Shown here: in pieces, positions 49,200-58,342 of the stretch
Numbering within the stretch: position 1 is the first letter of the stretch
Layout of the letters: the number at the start of each line of letters is the position of its first letter
NCBI GenBank assembly: GCA_024680795.1
Contig: JAILBR010000063.1
Span: forward strand, 1-59,606
Source: Bacilli bacterium
GTDB lineage: Bacteria > Bacillota_I > Bacilli_A > RFN20 > CAG-826
Direction of reading: 5' to 3'
DNA: 59,606 nucleotides
Translations under genes and position numbers: made by a program
Notes under the pieces: model-generated
The model's input: the letters and a program-made list of their open reading frames with translations, nothing else
Databases searched by the model: none
Told to the model about the DNA's origin: nothing

Positions 49200-50124
49200 T
49201 GTCTTTCTTCTCCTTTGATTTATTTAGCATCTCTTCTAATAACTCTTTCTTTAGACGTTCTCTATCTTTATTAGATATTTTATCTAATGATTTCACACTA
49301 CCCTTAGTTTCTGTCACTGGAGCTTCTTCTGCATCTTTTAAGGCTCTTAAGATATCAATAATCGAGGTAATAATTAGATAGGCAGCTGGGATAAGTAAGA
49401 AGATTAATAATCCAATTGGACTAGATAGAATCTTAAATACTTGTCCTAAAAATGGGGAATTAACTTTCACCACTCCTAAAAGTTGTTCGTAAGTAAGAAT
49501 TTGATATTGTTCTTTCTTACGATAGCTTTCTCCACCTTCTTCTCCTTCAGTGGTATTAATACCAGCAGTCACGAAATAATATTTTCCTTCGATTTGATGA
49601 ATTTCGAAAAGTCTATGGGTCATGACTTGGTTAGAGACAACTTCGCTCCAATTGTTTTGCCAATCAGGGTTATCACGTGGGCATACACTCGACCAACTTC
49701 TATTATTCATAAAGGTTAAGTCGATTTTCGCATTCGCTCCTCCATTACTATTGAAGCGATTAACGATATCTTCTTCTTTTTCTAGATAGGTGACGATTGC
49801 GGTGTTAACTGGATATTCAGGCTCCATAGAATCAGTTAAGACCACGAAACTACCGAATCCTAATCTAATTTGTTGGTTATAATGCTCTTTCGCATGCACC
49901 ATTCCATCGATTTGGCCAACTAAAACGATGACAAAGAAGACGCCAAAGATACCAGTTAAGATCCATTCGATAATCACTCTGGCCTTGCTCTTCTTCTTTT
50001 TCTTCTTTTTACCTGTTTCTTCAACATTTTCAGTAACCACTTCGGTTGGGGTTACTTCAGGATTAGGAAGAGATTCGTTATTATTTTGTTCTTCGGTTAT
50101 TTCAACTTTTTCTTCGTCGATCAT
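49189..50124 (-). CDS. sipW: SipW-type (S26B/Sec11-like) signal peptidase I
   Basis: TM, then FVVLTDSMEP (Ser), VMTHRL (His), GVVKVNSPFLG and a C-terminal TM (GLLIFLLIPA). Confidence 0.8.
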   Translation of the reverse strand: MIDEEKVEITEEQNNNESLPNPEVTPTEVVTENVEETGKKKKKKKSKARVIIEWILTGIFGVFFVIVLVGQIDGMVHAKEHYNQQIRLGFGSFVVLTDSMEPEYPVNTAIVTYLEKEEDIVNRFNSNGGANAKIDLTFMNNRSWSSVCPRDNPDWQNNWSEVVSNQVMTHRLFEIHQIEGKYYFVTAGINTTEGEEGGESYRKKEQYQILTYEQLLGVVKVNSPFLGQVFKILSSPIGLLIFLLIPAAYLIITSIIDILRALKDAEEAPVTETKGSVKSLDKISNKDRERLKKELLEEMLNKSKEKKDNEK

Positions 50125-52790
50125 AATTTAACAATCTTACCTCCTAACTCTTTTTTTATTTTCTTAGCGAGATTATAGTCGTCAAACACATGAGCGTCTT
50201 CTTTCATCTCACTAAAGTTATCTTTGGATACATAATATCCGCTTAAAGTCTTCACAATAAATCTGCCTGGAATTGGTTCTTCTTTGACCTTCTCCCTAGG
50301 TTTACGTTCTTTTTTAGTCGTCTCAGAGGCAGTTTTTTCCTCCTTCTCCATAGGAGAAGAATTCCCCTCTTTTTCTTCATTATCTTCTAAAACATCATCA
50401 TTAGAAGCGTTTACTTCTTCATTTATAGGTCCTTGTTCTTGAGATTGTTCATCATTAGATTCTTCTTGTTGAGGTTCATCATTTTTAACCCACATTTCGT
50501 TTTGTGGTTGTTCTTCCTCTGCCACTTCTTCTTGAGGATTATCTTCTTGAGTTGGAACTTCCTCTACTGGTTGTTCTTCCACTTTTTCTTCTTCAGGTTG
50601 AATTCCTTCCTCTACTGGTTGTTCTTCTTGAGGTTGAACGTCTTCGCCATTATTTTCTTCTATAACAGAATTTTCTTCTTGCGGTTTCTCTTGAGATGGT
50701 TCTTCATCAATATTTTCTTCTTGAGGTTGTTCTTCGGATAGAACTTCTTCTTCCACTGGTTGTTCTTGAATTTGTTCCTCACTTAAAACATCATTAGAAG
50801 CTTCTTCTTGTGCAGATTCCTCTTGTTGAGGTTGTCCATCGACTGGTTGCTCTTCTAGAGATGTTTCTTCTTCAGCTGATGTATCTTCTACTTGAGCATT
50901 TGATTCTTCATTCAAAGGCTCTTCTTGAACTTCAGAAGGTTGTTTTTCACCAATAGGAGATTCCTGAACTTCCTCTTGAGGCTCTTCTACTTCAGGAGCA
51001 GGTTGCTCTTCCTCTTGTTGAGGTTGTTCTTCCTTAGCTGGTTCTTCAGAAACGTTTTCTTCTTGAACTTGTTCATTTTCAGAAGGTTGTTCTTCTAAGA
51101 TAGACTCTTCTTGAGGTTCATTATTAACGCTTTCGATTTCTTTATTTTCTTCGACCTGTTCTTCTTTTTGAGGCTTGCTTAAAATAGGCTCATCTGGTTT
51201 ATTTTCTACTGGAGCTTCTTTCTTTTTACGGCCTCTCTTCTTTTCTTCTTTTGGAGCAACTTCTTCAGTTTTTTCAACTGGTTCATTTATAACTGGTTCA
51301 ACTGGAAGAGGTTGTTCTTCTGACTGATTTTGAGGTTGTTCTTGAGGAGCAGGCTCTTCAACAGGTTTTTGTTTTTCTTTTTGAACTTTATATTTTTGCT
51401 TTTTCGCTTCTTTATCTTTTTTGGCTTGCTCTTTAACGATTTGTTTTTCGCCTTTCGCAGCAGCGATAAGTTCTTGTCTCTTCTTTTCAATACGAGCAAG
51501 TTCTTCGTTAGCGATAGCCATCAAACGTTTTTCTTCTTCAGCGCGATCTTCTTCAGCAAACACTTTCAAAAGTTCTTGGACATATTTTTCCCAGTTGTCG
51601 TTTTCTCTGATCTTTCTTCTAAGAAGTTTTTCAATCTCTTGGAGTTCCTTCTTACGAGTGGCTTTTAATTTATATTCACCTTGATAATATAGTTTTTCAT
51701 ATTTATCAGGGTGTAAAGGCAAGCCTAAATGACCGAGATTATCTAAATATTTACGGTATTCTTCATCTACTCGGACAAATTCTAAAGTACCGGTTAAAGG
51801 TTCACCGAAAGTAAATATCTCATCATCAATACTGGTCATCACTTTTGGTTTATGAGTTTTAGAGACAGTTTTGATGTCTTTCATTTCTGTTTCTGTCTTT
51901 AAAGACAGATATTCAGTTAAGAATAGATAATTTAATTCCGCTAAATCTTCGTCTGTAAAGTTTTTATAAGCTTCATCTACTTTATAATTCACACCTAAAG
52001 AAGAGAATCTTTCGATAAATAATAAAGTTTTATAACAGTGATGATATTTAGGGTTCTTTCTGATGATGTTAGTTTGTAAGATTGGTTTACGAACATCTCT
52101 TTCGTTTTTGAGTTTCTTCATGAATGGAGAATTATAGTAATAGAAAATATATTCTCTCATCTTTAAGATACGGTCGATATAGCCTTGGCTTTTAATCGCA
52201 ATATCATCATCAGTTTCTTTTTTAACTCTGATTTTGGTTTCGATTTCTACTTCTTCTCCACCGACTTGAGTGTTGGTTTTTAAATACATCACTTCTTCCA
52301 TATGGAGAGGAATCATTCTTTGAATATATTCATATCTCTTTTCTACGAATAACACTAAACGTCTAATGAAAGTAGCGATAAATCTATTTTCATAAGTGTT
52401 CATATTATCTTCGTTAGAGTGAGATAAGATTTTAGAAGGGACAACATTATTTTGTTCGTCGACTTCTTTAATATATTGAGTGTGGCTTGCTAAATGTTGA
52501 ACGCTTTCCCCATCAATTTTTTTAGCAAGTTCAACAGGGACAACATTACTTTCTTGTTTAGTGACTTGTTTTGGGTTATTAACGATTTCACCAAGGTCAT
52601 ATAAACAATCTTCCACAACATCAATCCAAGATGAATCAAATAAGGAAGATTCATAACGATGGTAGCGTAAGAAAGAATTCTTTCCTTTTAAGAAAGAAAG
52701 GTAGATATCGTCAAAAGTTTTATCTTTATTCAAAGAAGAAACTTTATCGAGATATTTATAAAAAAGTTGTTTCTTAGTCGCTTTTGCCAT
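50121..52790 (-). CDS. DUF2357/McrC-N-like protein with coiled coil, long acidic disordered region and small C-terminal domain
   Basis: IVNNPK, VQHLASH, PSKIL..DNMNTYENRFIATFI, TNIIRKNPKY; lies directly downstream of the McrB-like gene. Confidence 0.65.
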   Translation of the reverse strand: MAKATKKQLFYKYLDKVSSLNKDKTFDDIYLSFLKGKNSFLRYHRYESSLFDSSWIDVVEDCLYDLGEIVNNPKQVTKQESNVVPVELAKKIDGESVQHLASHTQYIKEVDEQNNVVPSKILSHSNEDNMNTYENRFIATFIRRLVLFVEKRYEYIQRMIPLHMEEVMYLKTNTQVGGEEVEIETKIRVKKETDDDIAIKSQGYIDRILKMREYIFYYYNSPFMKKLKNERDVRKPILQTNIIRKNPKYHHCYKTLLFIERFSSLGVNYKVDEAYKNFTDEDLAELNYLFLTEYLSLKTETEMKDIKTVSKTHKPKVMTSIDDEIFTFGEPLTGTLEFVRVDEEYRKYLDNLGHLGLPLHPDKYEKLYYQGEYKLKATRKKELQEIEKLLRRKIRENDNWEKYVQELLKVFAEEDRAEEEKRLMAIANEELARIEKKRQELIAAAKGEKQIVKEQAKKDKEAKKQKYKVQKEKQKPVEEPAPQEQPQNQSEEQPLPVEPVINEPVEKTEEVAPKEEKKRGRKKKEAPVENKPDEPILSKPQKEEQVEENKEIESVNNEPQEESILEEQPSENEQVQEENVSEEPAKEEQPQQEEEQPAPEVEEPQEEVQESPIGEKQPSEVQEEPLNEESNAQVEDTSAEEETSLEEQPVDGQPQQEESAQEEASNDVLSEEQIQEQPVEEEVLSEEQPQEENIDEEPSQEKPQEENSVIEENNGEDVQPQEEQPVEEGIQPEEEKVEEQPVEEVPTQEDNPQEEVAEEEQPQNEMWVKNDEPQQEESNDEQSQEQGPINEEVNASNDDVLEDNEEKEGNSSPMEKEEKTASETTKKERKPREKVKEEPIPGRFIVKTLSGYYVSKDNFSEMKEDAHVFDDYNLAKKIKKELGGKIVKL
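50290..51370 (-). repeat. Low-complexity coding repeats (EEQPVEE/QPQEE)
   Basis: Recurrent (c)tactggttgttcttc and ttcttgaggttg units encoding Glu/Gln/Pro-rich repeats. Confidence 0.7.
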
Positions 52791-52804
52791 AAGTCACTTT
52801 CTAA

Positions 52805-54328
52805 CTAGTTATTCTTTAATAAGTTTTCAATATAAGAATGAGCCATATGGAAATTGCCTTTGCCATATAACTTATCTAAATATGTATCAAGTTCTTTTAA
52901 TTGGTCTTTTAAGAAGGCGATATTTAAGGATTCAAATTTCTTTAAAATCTTGTTAGTGAAAATGAAATCAAATCCATCACTTTCAGTACCACCACAAGCG
53001 ATAAATGTTGGGATGAAGTCATCTAATTGTTTTAAAATACGGTTACCAAAGGCCAATCTGAATTTCTTAATAACAAAGTTATCAAGGTCTTCAAATTTCT
53101 TAAGCATATCCGCGGAGATGCCATATTGCTTTTTAGCTTCTGCAAATAAGGAAACTAGTTGAGCGTAAGGAACACTGATTGGTTCAGTTTCTACCGCGTC
53201 AAATGGTCTTCCTTTATCATCGAAGAACAATGAGATAGCACGGTCATAAACCTTATCAGCGATGGTAAATGTTGAGTCATCGTTATTCGCTGTTCCGAAG
53301 AAGTAGACGTTTTGAGGAATTAATAACTTACCTTCTTTGAGGTGTTTTGGATCACTTGGGTCAATAGAAGGAATTAAGTCAATTGTCCAGTCTTCAAAGT
53401 CTCTTTTTTCCATGACGGATAAGAATTCAGCGAAATAATATTCAATACGGGCTAAGTTCATTTCATCGAGGACGATGATATCTAAGTCTTTACGGTAGGT
53501 AGTGACATATAACGCTTTTAAGAATTCAGATTCGTTGAATTTCTTAGTGAATTCGTTATAGTAACCTAAAAGTTCACTTCTATCTTTCCATGATGGTTGG
53601 ACAGGAATGATTTCGCTATCAAATGAGAAGAATTTACCAAGGGCGTACGCTAAAGAAGTTTTACCAGTACCAGAGATACCTTCTAAGATGATGAGTTTTG
53701 AGGTTGCTAAGCCAGCGAATAATTGTCTAATAACATCAATACGGTAATATAGGCCTAATTTACTAGCAGCGTAGTTTCTAAAGCTATTACATAACTCTTC
53801 TAATGATAAACCCTCTTTAAACATGATCGCGGTATTCACGTCTTCATAAGCTTGGTCAACACGGGTAAGTTTTGGGAATCTAGAAGAGATTTGATCGATA
53901 ACTTCTTGATCTTCTTTTTGATAAGCACCTTCTTCAGGTTTTAAACCCATATAACCAGTCTTTAAGTTTAAGATTTTATCTTTTTCTTGAATGGCTTGAT
54001 ATAATTCGTAGTTAAGTCTTTCGACTTGATTTCTTAGTTCATCTTTATCGAGTTCTTTTCTGACAAATCTCACATATTTTCTTATTAATAAGAAAAGTCC
54101 GTATAAAATCGCACCAATTAAACCGATAAAGAAAAGTAAGAAGATAACCCAGAAGAACCATCCCCAGAAACCAAAAGTACCATTATAGGCGCCAAAAATG
54201 GAGTTGTAATTATCAAAATTGCCTGGCACTCTTTCCCAAGGTTTTACCCAAGCAGTATTAAGGAAAACACCGAGGTCTGTAAAGAAGGCCACAAGTAGTT
54301 CACGTAAGTAATTAAAGTATGCTTCCAT
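52805..54328 (-). CDS. McrB-like AAA+ GTPase/ATPase with N-terminal transmembrane anchor and coiled coil
   Basis: ILEGISGTGKT, IPVQPSWKD.SELLGYYN, LDEMNLARIEYYFAEFLS, FFGTANNDDST..IADKVYDRA; TM WGWFFWVIFLLFFIGLIGAILYGLFLLI. Confidence 0.88.
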   Translation of the reverse strand: MEAYFNYLRELLVAFFTDLGVFLNTAWVKPWERVPGNFDNYNSIFGAYNGTFGFWGWFFWVIFLLFFIGLIGAILYGLFLLIRKYVRFVRKELDKDELRNQVERLNYELYQAIQEKDKILNLKTGYMGLKPEEGAYQKEDQEVIDQISSRFPKLTRVDQAYEDVNTAIMFKEGLSLEELCNSFRNYAASKLGLYYRIDVIRQLFAGLATSKLIILEGISGTGKTSLAYALGKFFSFDSEIIPVQPSWKDRSELLGYYNEFTKKFNESEFLKALYVTTYRKDLDIIVLDEMNLARIEYYFAEFLSVMEKRDFEDWTIDLIPSIDPSDPKHLKEGKLLIPQNVYFFGTANNDDSTFTIADKVYDRAISLFFDDKGRPFDAVETEPISVPYAQLVSLFAEAKKQYGISADMLKKFEDLDNFVIKKFRLAFGNRILKQLDDFIPTFIACGGTESDGFDFIFTNKILKKFESLNIAFLKDQLKELDTYLDKLYGKGNFHMAHSYIENLLKNN

Positions 54329-54332
54329 AATT

Positions 54333-55448
54333 TTAAATCTCCATGTCTCTATAGATTCTAAAGCTTAATCCAGCTTTGAATCCTGCACCCATCACTTGAT
54401 TGACTGAATCTAAATCCCATCCTTCGATATATAAGGCGACACCGACTTTAGTTGGGGTATTAGCCTTAACTGGAAAAAAGAATTTGACATCGCTTTGTTT
54501 AAAGTCTTCTGGGATATAACGTTGTTCTTTAGCGATTTCCACTCCATTAGCAAGTGATTGTTCTAAGTTGAACCTCTTCACACCAGCTTCATGGCTAGCG
54601 TTGAAGACATTTGGTTCTCCTTCATATGTTGAATCTGCATCAAACGCTTCATCATATATGATTTTGCTACGGTCATTGACCTCACCATACACCACTTCGA
54701 ATTTTTCATCGTTTTTGTTGTAATGGTCATATTTATGATTGAAGGTGTTATCAAGAATTCCTCCTAATAGCACTTCTTCTTCATTATGATTTGGATCAAC
54801 GACTGCGTAATCGTAATTTCCTTCATCGTTTTCACAAAGTATAGAAAATCTCATCGCGTTAGGTAAGTTTGCTAATCTCTCTCTGATTTCTTCCTCTGTG
54901 TGAACGATAACATTTTCATTTTGCTCATGTCTTTTTATCTCGTCTTCACGCACTTCTTGCGCGTACGCGTTATTAAAAAGAGCATTTTGCTTGATGTATG
55001 TGGCGGATTCTTCTGTATCATCCGCTTTGATGGTCACATACACATTATCTTCACTAAAGAGATAGACTTCTTGATAAAAATATCCACCATGAGACTCGAC
55101 AAGTCGAGGGGTGCCATATTCGTCAAAAGGCACTAATGTGGTATAGGAGCTATCATAAAATATCGGTTCGTTATGGCCTTCGACATTTAACCAATTATTT
55201 TGGTACATAGTCGATACAGGAAAATAACGTTGTACTTCGTGTAATTCGTCGTATGATAACTCTTCTTTAAAAGAATCTAAATCTGTTGAGGTAGAAATGA
55301 GAAGTTCTCTATCACCATCAAGTCTAATATCAATAGCCTCGATAGCGAGCCTGTTACTTGCAGAATACCAAGCTAGAGAGACAGAAACTGCATTAAGCGC
55401 GATTAACCCTGTTAATAAACCAATAAGGATAATCTTGTTTGCTTTCAT
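54333..55448 (-). CDS. Secreted protein with SipW-class signal peptide (fibre subunit paralog 4)
   Basis: Signal ending VSLA|WY; FPVST, AMRFSI, VVYG, ALYIEGWD, terminal FKAGLSF. Confidence 0.7.
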   Translation of the reverse strand: MKANKIILIGLLTGLIALNAVSVSLAWYSASNRLAIEAIDIRLDGDRELLISTSTDLDSFKEELSYDELHEVQRYFPVSTMYQNNWLNVEGHNEPIFYDSSYTTLVPFDEYGTPRLVESHGGYFYQEVYLFSEDNVYVTIKADDTEESATYIKQNALFNNAYAQEVREDEIKRHEQNENVIVHTEEEIRERLANLPNAMRFSILCENDEGNYDYAVVDPNHNEEEVLLGGILDNTFNHKYDHYNKNDEKFEVVYGEVNDRSKIIYDEAFDADSTYEGEPNVFNASHEAGVKRFNLEQSLANGVEIAKEQRYIPEDFKQSDVKFFFPVKANTPTKVGVALYIEGWDLDSVNQVMGAGFKAGLSFRIYRDMEI

Positions 55449-55450
55449 TT

Positions 55451-56578
55451 CTAAACTTTGTTAATTTCAAATTGTAAACCGAGGTTGAAACTATATCCTG
55501 CCGCTTCATCGATCACGACATGATCCCAACCTTCTAAAAATATTGTTAATGTGGAATATCCAATCGCTATTTCACTATTGGCAGTGATTGTGACTGGCAT
55601 ACCACCAGAATAGCTATTACCATCATAATCTGGGAATACTGTTCTTTTTGTTTCGTATTCGGCTACTCCACGAATTACTGAATTCATATTGGCAGTGAAA
55701 ATATCTTTCAAGTGACGAGAACAGAACGTAGTTCTGCCGGTATCACCAGTGCCATTAACAGTACCATCATTTGGAGCGCTTGCTGGATCAACTGCATAGC
55801 CAGTATCACTATGTGTTAATGTGCCACTTGCAATTTCTCCATAAACATACTCTTTGCGAGTACTTGGATTGTAGTCATAAAATCCATCTCCGTTTAAGTC
55901 TAAAGGACCACAAACAGAAGTTTCGCCTGCAACTGCTTCATTTGAGCTAGGATTAAACAAATATCTCGTATCATTTGTTACATCATCAATAAATACACGT
56001 AGGGCTTTATCAATATCATGTCCTGAGGCTGCTGTTTCAGTTGAAGTAATCCATATCTCTTTTTGTTTAACAGGGCGTTCTTGATTATCTAGAACCCTAA
56101 ATGCAAATGGAAGTACTAAGTAGTTCTTAAGTGCAGCAGGATTCTTAACTCTATATTCTCCATCTTCTGTACTACATTCTGGGGCTTGATAAAGAGTTAA
56201 ATCATCATCACCACTTCTAGCTAAACTAGAAACAGGGGAAAGTTTATTAATAGCATAAGATGTGTTATCTAAATAGGCTCTAATCATGTCGCTGGTAAAA
56301 CCAGTAGCAGCACGATTCCAGACGATTTTATGGCCATCAACTGTTTGTTTGGTGAGATTAAATGTCGAGATTTCTTCATTAGTGAAGTATTCGTCATCAT
56401 CAACAAGACCAACTTCTAGTTGAACAGAACTACGAACTGCAGTTCCGGTAAAAGATAGTCTAACTGCTGAGTTATATGCGTACCAAGCAAGAGTCCCTGC
56501 GATGGAACCAACAAATCCAAGTAGCGTCAATGCAGTGGATCCAGCAACGAATAGATTAATCTTTTTAGATAGTCTCAT
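55451..56578 (-). CDS. Secreted protein with SipW-class signal peptide (paralog 3)
   Basis: GTLA|WYAYN; LSPVS, ALRVFI, GPLDLNGDG, IFLEGWD, FNLGLQF. Confidence 0.75.
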   Translation of the reverse strand: MRLSKKINLFVAGSTALTLLGFVGSIAGTLAWYAYNSAVRLSFTGTAVRSSVQLEVGLVDDDEYFTNEEISTFNLTKQTVDGHKIVWNRAATGFTSDMIRAYLDNTSYAINKLSPVSSLARSGDDDLTLYQAPECSTEDGEYRVKNPAALKNYLVLPFAFRVLDNQERPVKQKEIWITSTETAASGHDIDKALRVFIDDVTNDTRYLFNPSSNEAVAGETSVCGPLDLNGDGFYDYNPSTRKEYVYGEIASGTLTHSDTGYAVDPASAPNDGTVNGTGDTGRTTFCSRHLKDIFTANMNSVIRGVAEYETKRTVFPDYDGNSYSGGMPVTITANSEIAIGYSTLTIFLEGWDHVVIDEAAGYSFNLGLQFEINKV

Positions 56579-56650
56579 GCCAACCTCCTTTCCCCTGTAA
56601 TATTTATTATTAAGATATGAAAATTTTTGTTAGATTAAATGATGAAATAA

Positions 56651-58264
56651 TTATTTGTTGAAGGCATCTTTGCCGACATCAAATGTCATACCGAAACGGA
56701 AACCAGCTCCGTCAGTATTTTCTCCACTCCAAGTTGGAACTTCGATATTTCCAAATGAAGTAAATTTGTAATATGTTTTTTCATTATGAGCGAGGTTATT
56801 TCCGCTTGCTTTGATGTAGTTGCCATTAGCATCTTGTGTGTAGAACTTGCTAACATCTTTGCTACCAGCTGGTAACCAATTACCAAGAGCGTCTTGTAAT
56901 TCGGTTGTAACCACTTCTGCATTTTCACCAGCAGACTTTTTGACATAATATGTCTTGCCCGCTAATGCTTTATGATTTGCATCCATATCATCTACTGTAA
57001 CTGCAAGATAGTTATCACCATCTTTTATAAACATAGCAGAAACATCTTTTGCAAATTGAATATTTGCAGTTTCGTTCTTGACGATTCTTGTAAAGTACTT
57101 AGTGCCATCAACAGCGAGTTTTTCGACTTCTAAGTTGACCTTTTCATGATTCAAACCATTTAACTTATAAGTATCAGCCGGAATAATTGCACCAACATCT
57201 AACTTTAATGGTCTGTAATGCAATGAGAAGTAAGATTTCTCAGGATCAGCTTTGCCGGTAGCGGCTTCATAGTCGCCATGTCCATCTTCAATAAAGTATC
57301 CTTCCACATTTTGTGGTTGAACATCATAAGAAGGAATGTAGACAATTTCGTTTGATTCGATGGTTTGACTATCTAAATCCATATCCCATCCTTCAAACCA
57401 AAGTGTCACTGTAACTTTTGAGAAACCAGTTTCTGATGTATGGAATAAGACTTTATCCATATTGGAAACATCCCATTCGTCATAGTTATCGTTAACTCTT
57501 GTAGCAACTAAATCGCTTGCTTTTTTAGCGGTTTGGTATTCACCTTCATTACCATAGACAACTTGCTTGTCACGGTTAGCGTTACCTTCGTAACCACCTT
57601 TGCGATCAGCTTTTTCATCTCCATCTAAGTCTAAAGCGCCAAATAACTCTAAGTTTTCGACACCGTTCTTAGAAAGTAAGAGATTTTTGTTAACAGCACC
57701 ATCGCCTTCATCATCGATTGCTAAGTGAACTCTTAAGCCATCGATGATTGAGCCTGCGCCTGCTTCTACATAATTTTCTAATAAGAAGTTAGATAAGAAT
57801 ACAGGAACTGACACTTGTTTCAAACCATTGCCAGTATTTTCAACATCCATTGCTCTGAATTCAACAGTGTATTGGATGTAATCATGCTCTTTATCAGCTT
57901 GTTCATAAACTTCATCATAACTACCAAGATTAGTAGCATATGCGTTTTCTGAAGCATCTGGGTTTTTATAAGCTTGATCTGGTAATTTATCATTTGCTTC
58001 AAGTTTACCAAAGGTAACAGGAGTAATAAGGGCTTTATTCTCACGTTCGCCGATTAAATCAGCGGTGATGAGATCTCTAGTCCATTCGCCTCCTTGTTTT
58101 CTTATTTGTAAGATTCCAGTTTCAGCAACACCAGTGCCAATCACGGTTGTACTGACTCTAGTATTGTATTGGAACCAAGCAAGAGTTCCACTTAACGCCG
58201 CAACGAAAGATAAAGCTGCAGCAGTTGATAACGAAGAAACAACAAGTTTTTTGCTAATTTTCAT
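56651..58264 (-). CDS. Secreted protein with SipW-class signal peptide and repeat insert (paralog 2)
   Basis: SD AAAGGAG before MKISKK at 58264; GTLA|WFQYNT; DYIQYTV, GLRVHL, GALDLDGD, LWFEGWD, FRFGMTF. Confidence 0.78.
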   Translation of the reverse strand: MKISKKLVVSSLSTAAALSFVAALSGTLAWFQYNTRVSTTVIGTGVAETGILQIRKQGGEWTRDLITADLIGERENKALITPVTFGKLEANDKLPDQAYKNPDASENAYATNLGSYDEVYEQADKEHDYIQYTVEFRAMDVENTGNGLKQVSVPVFLSNFLLENYVEAGAGSIIDGLRVHLAIDDEGDGAVNKNLLLSKNGVENLELFGALDLDGDEKADRKGGYEGNANRDKQVVYGNEGEYQTAKKASDLVATRVNDNYDEWDVSNMDKVLFHTSETGFSKVTVTLWFEGWDMDLDSQTIESNEIVYIPSYDVQPQNVEGYFIEDGHGDYEAATGKADPEKSYFSLHYRPLKLDVGAIIPADTYKLNGLNHEKVNLEVEKLAVDGTKYFTRIVKNETANIQFAKDVSAMFIKDGDNYLAVTVDDMDANHKALAGKTYYVKKSAGENAEVVTTELQDALGNWLPAGSKDVSKFYTQDANGNYIKASGNNLAHNEKTYYKFTSFGNIEVPTWSGENTDGAGFRFGMTFDVGKDAFNK

Positions 58265-58342
58265 AACTTGTCTCCTTTCGGTTATGTATGTAGTATGTGC
58301 GCTATATAAATATAGCAATTAAATATTAATTATTAATGATGA

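Noticed and set aside
50121-54328. Conventional McrBC type IV restriction system / defence island
   Set aside because: McrB has a TM anchor and no evident DNA reader, the partner has no visible nuclease motif, and there are no flanking defence or mobility genes. Not formally excluded.
56579-56650. c-di-GMP riboswitch within operon spacers
   Set aside because: The spacers are short and lack the GEMM motif; the operon leader lies outside the window.
58300-58317. Hairpin GCTATA-TAAA-TATAGC between paralogs 1 and 2
   Set aside because: Weak AT-rich stem with no U-tract; insufficient to call a terminator or processing site.
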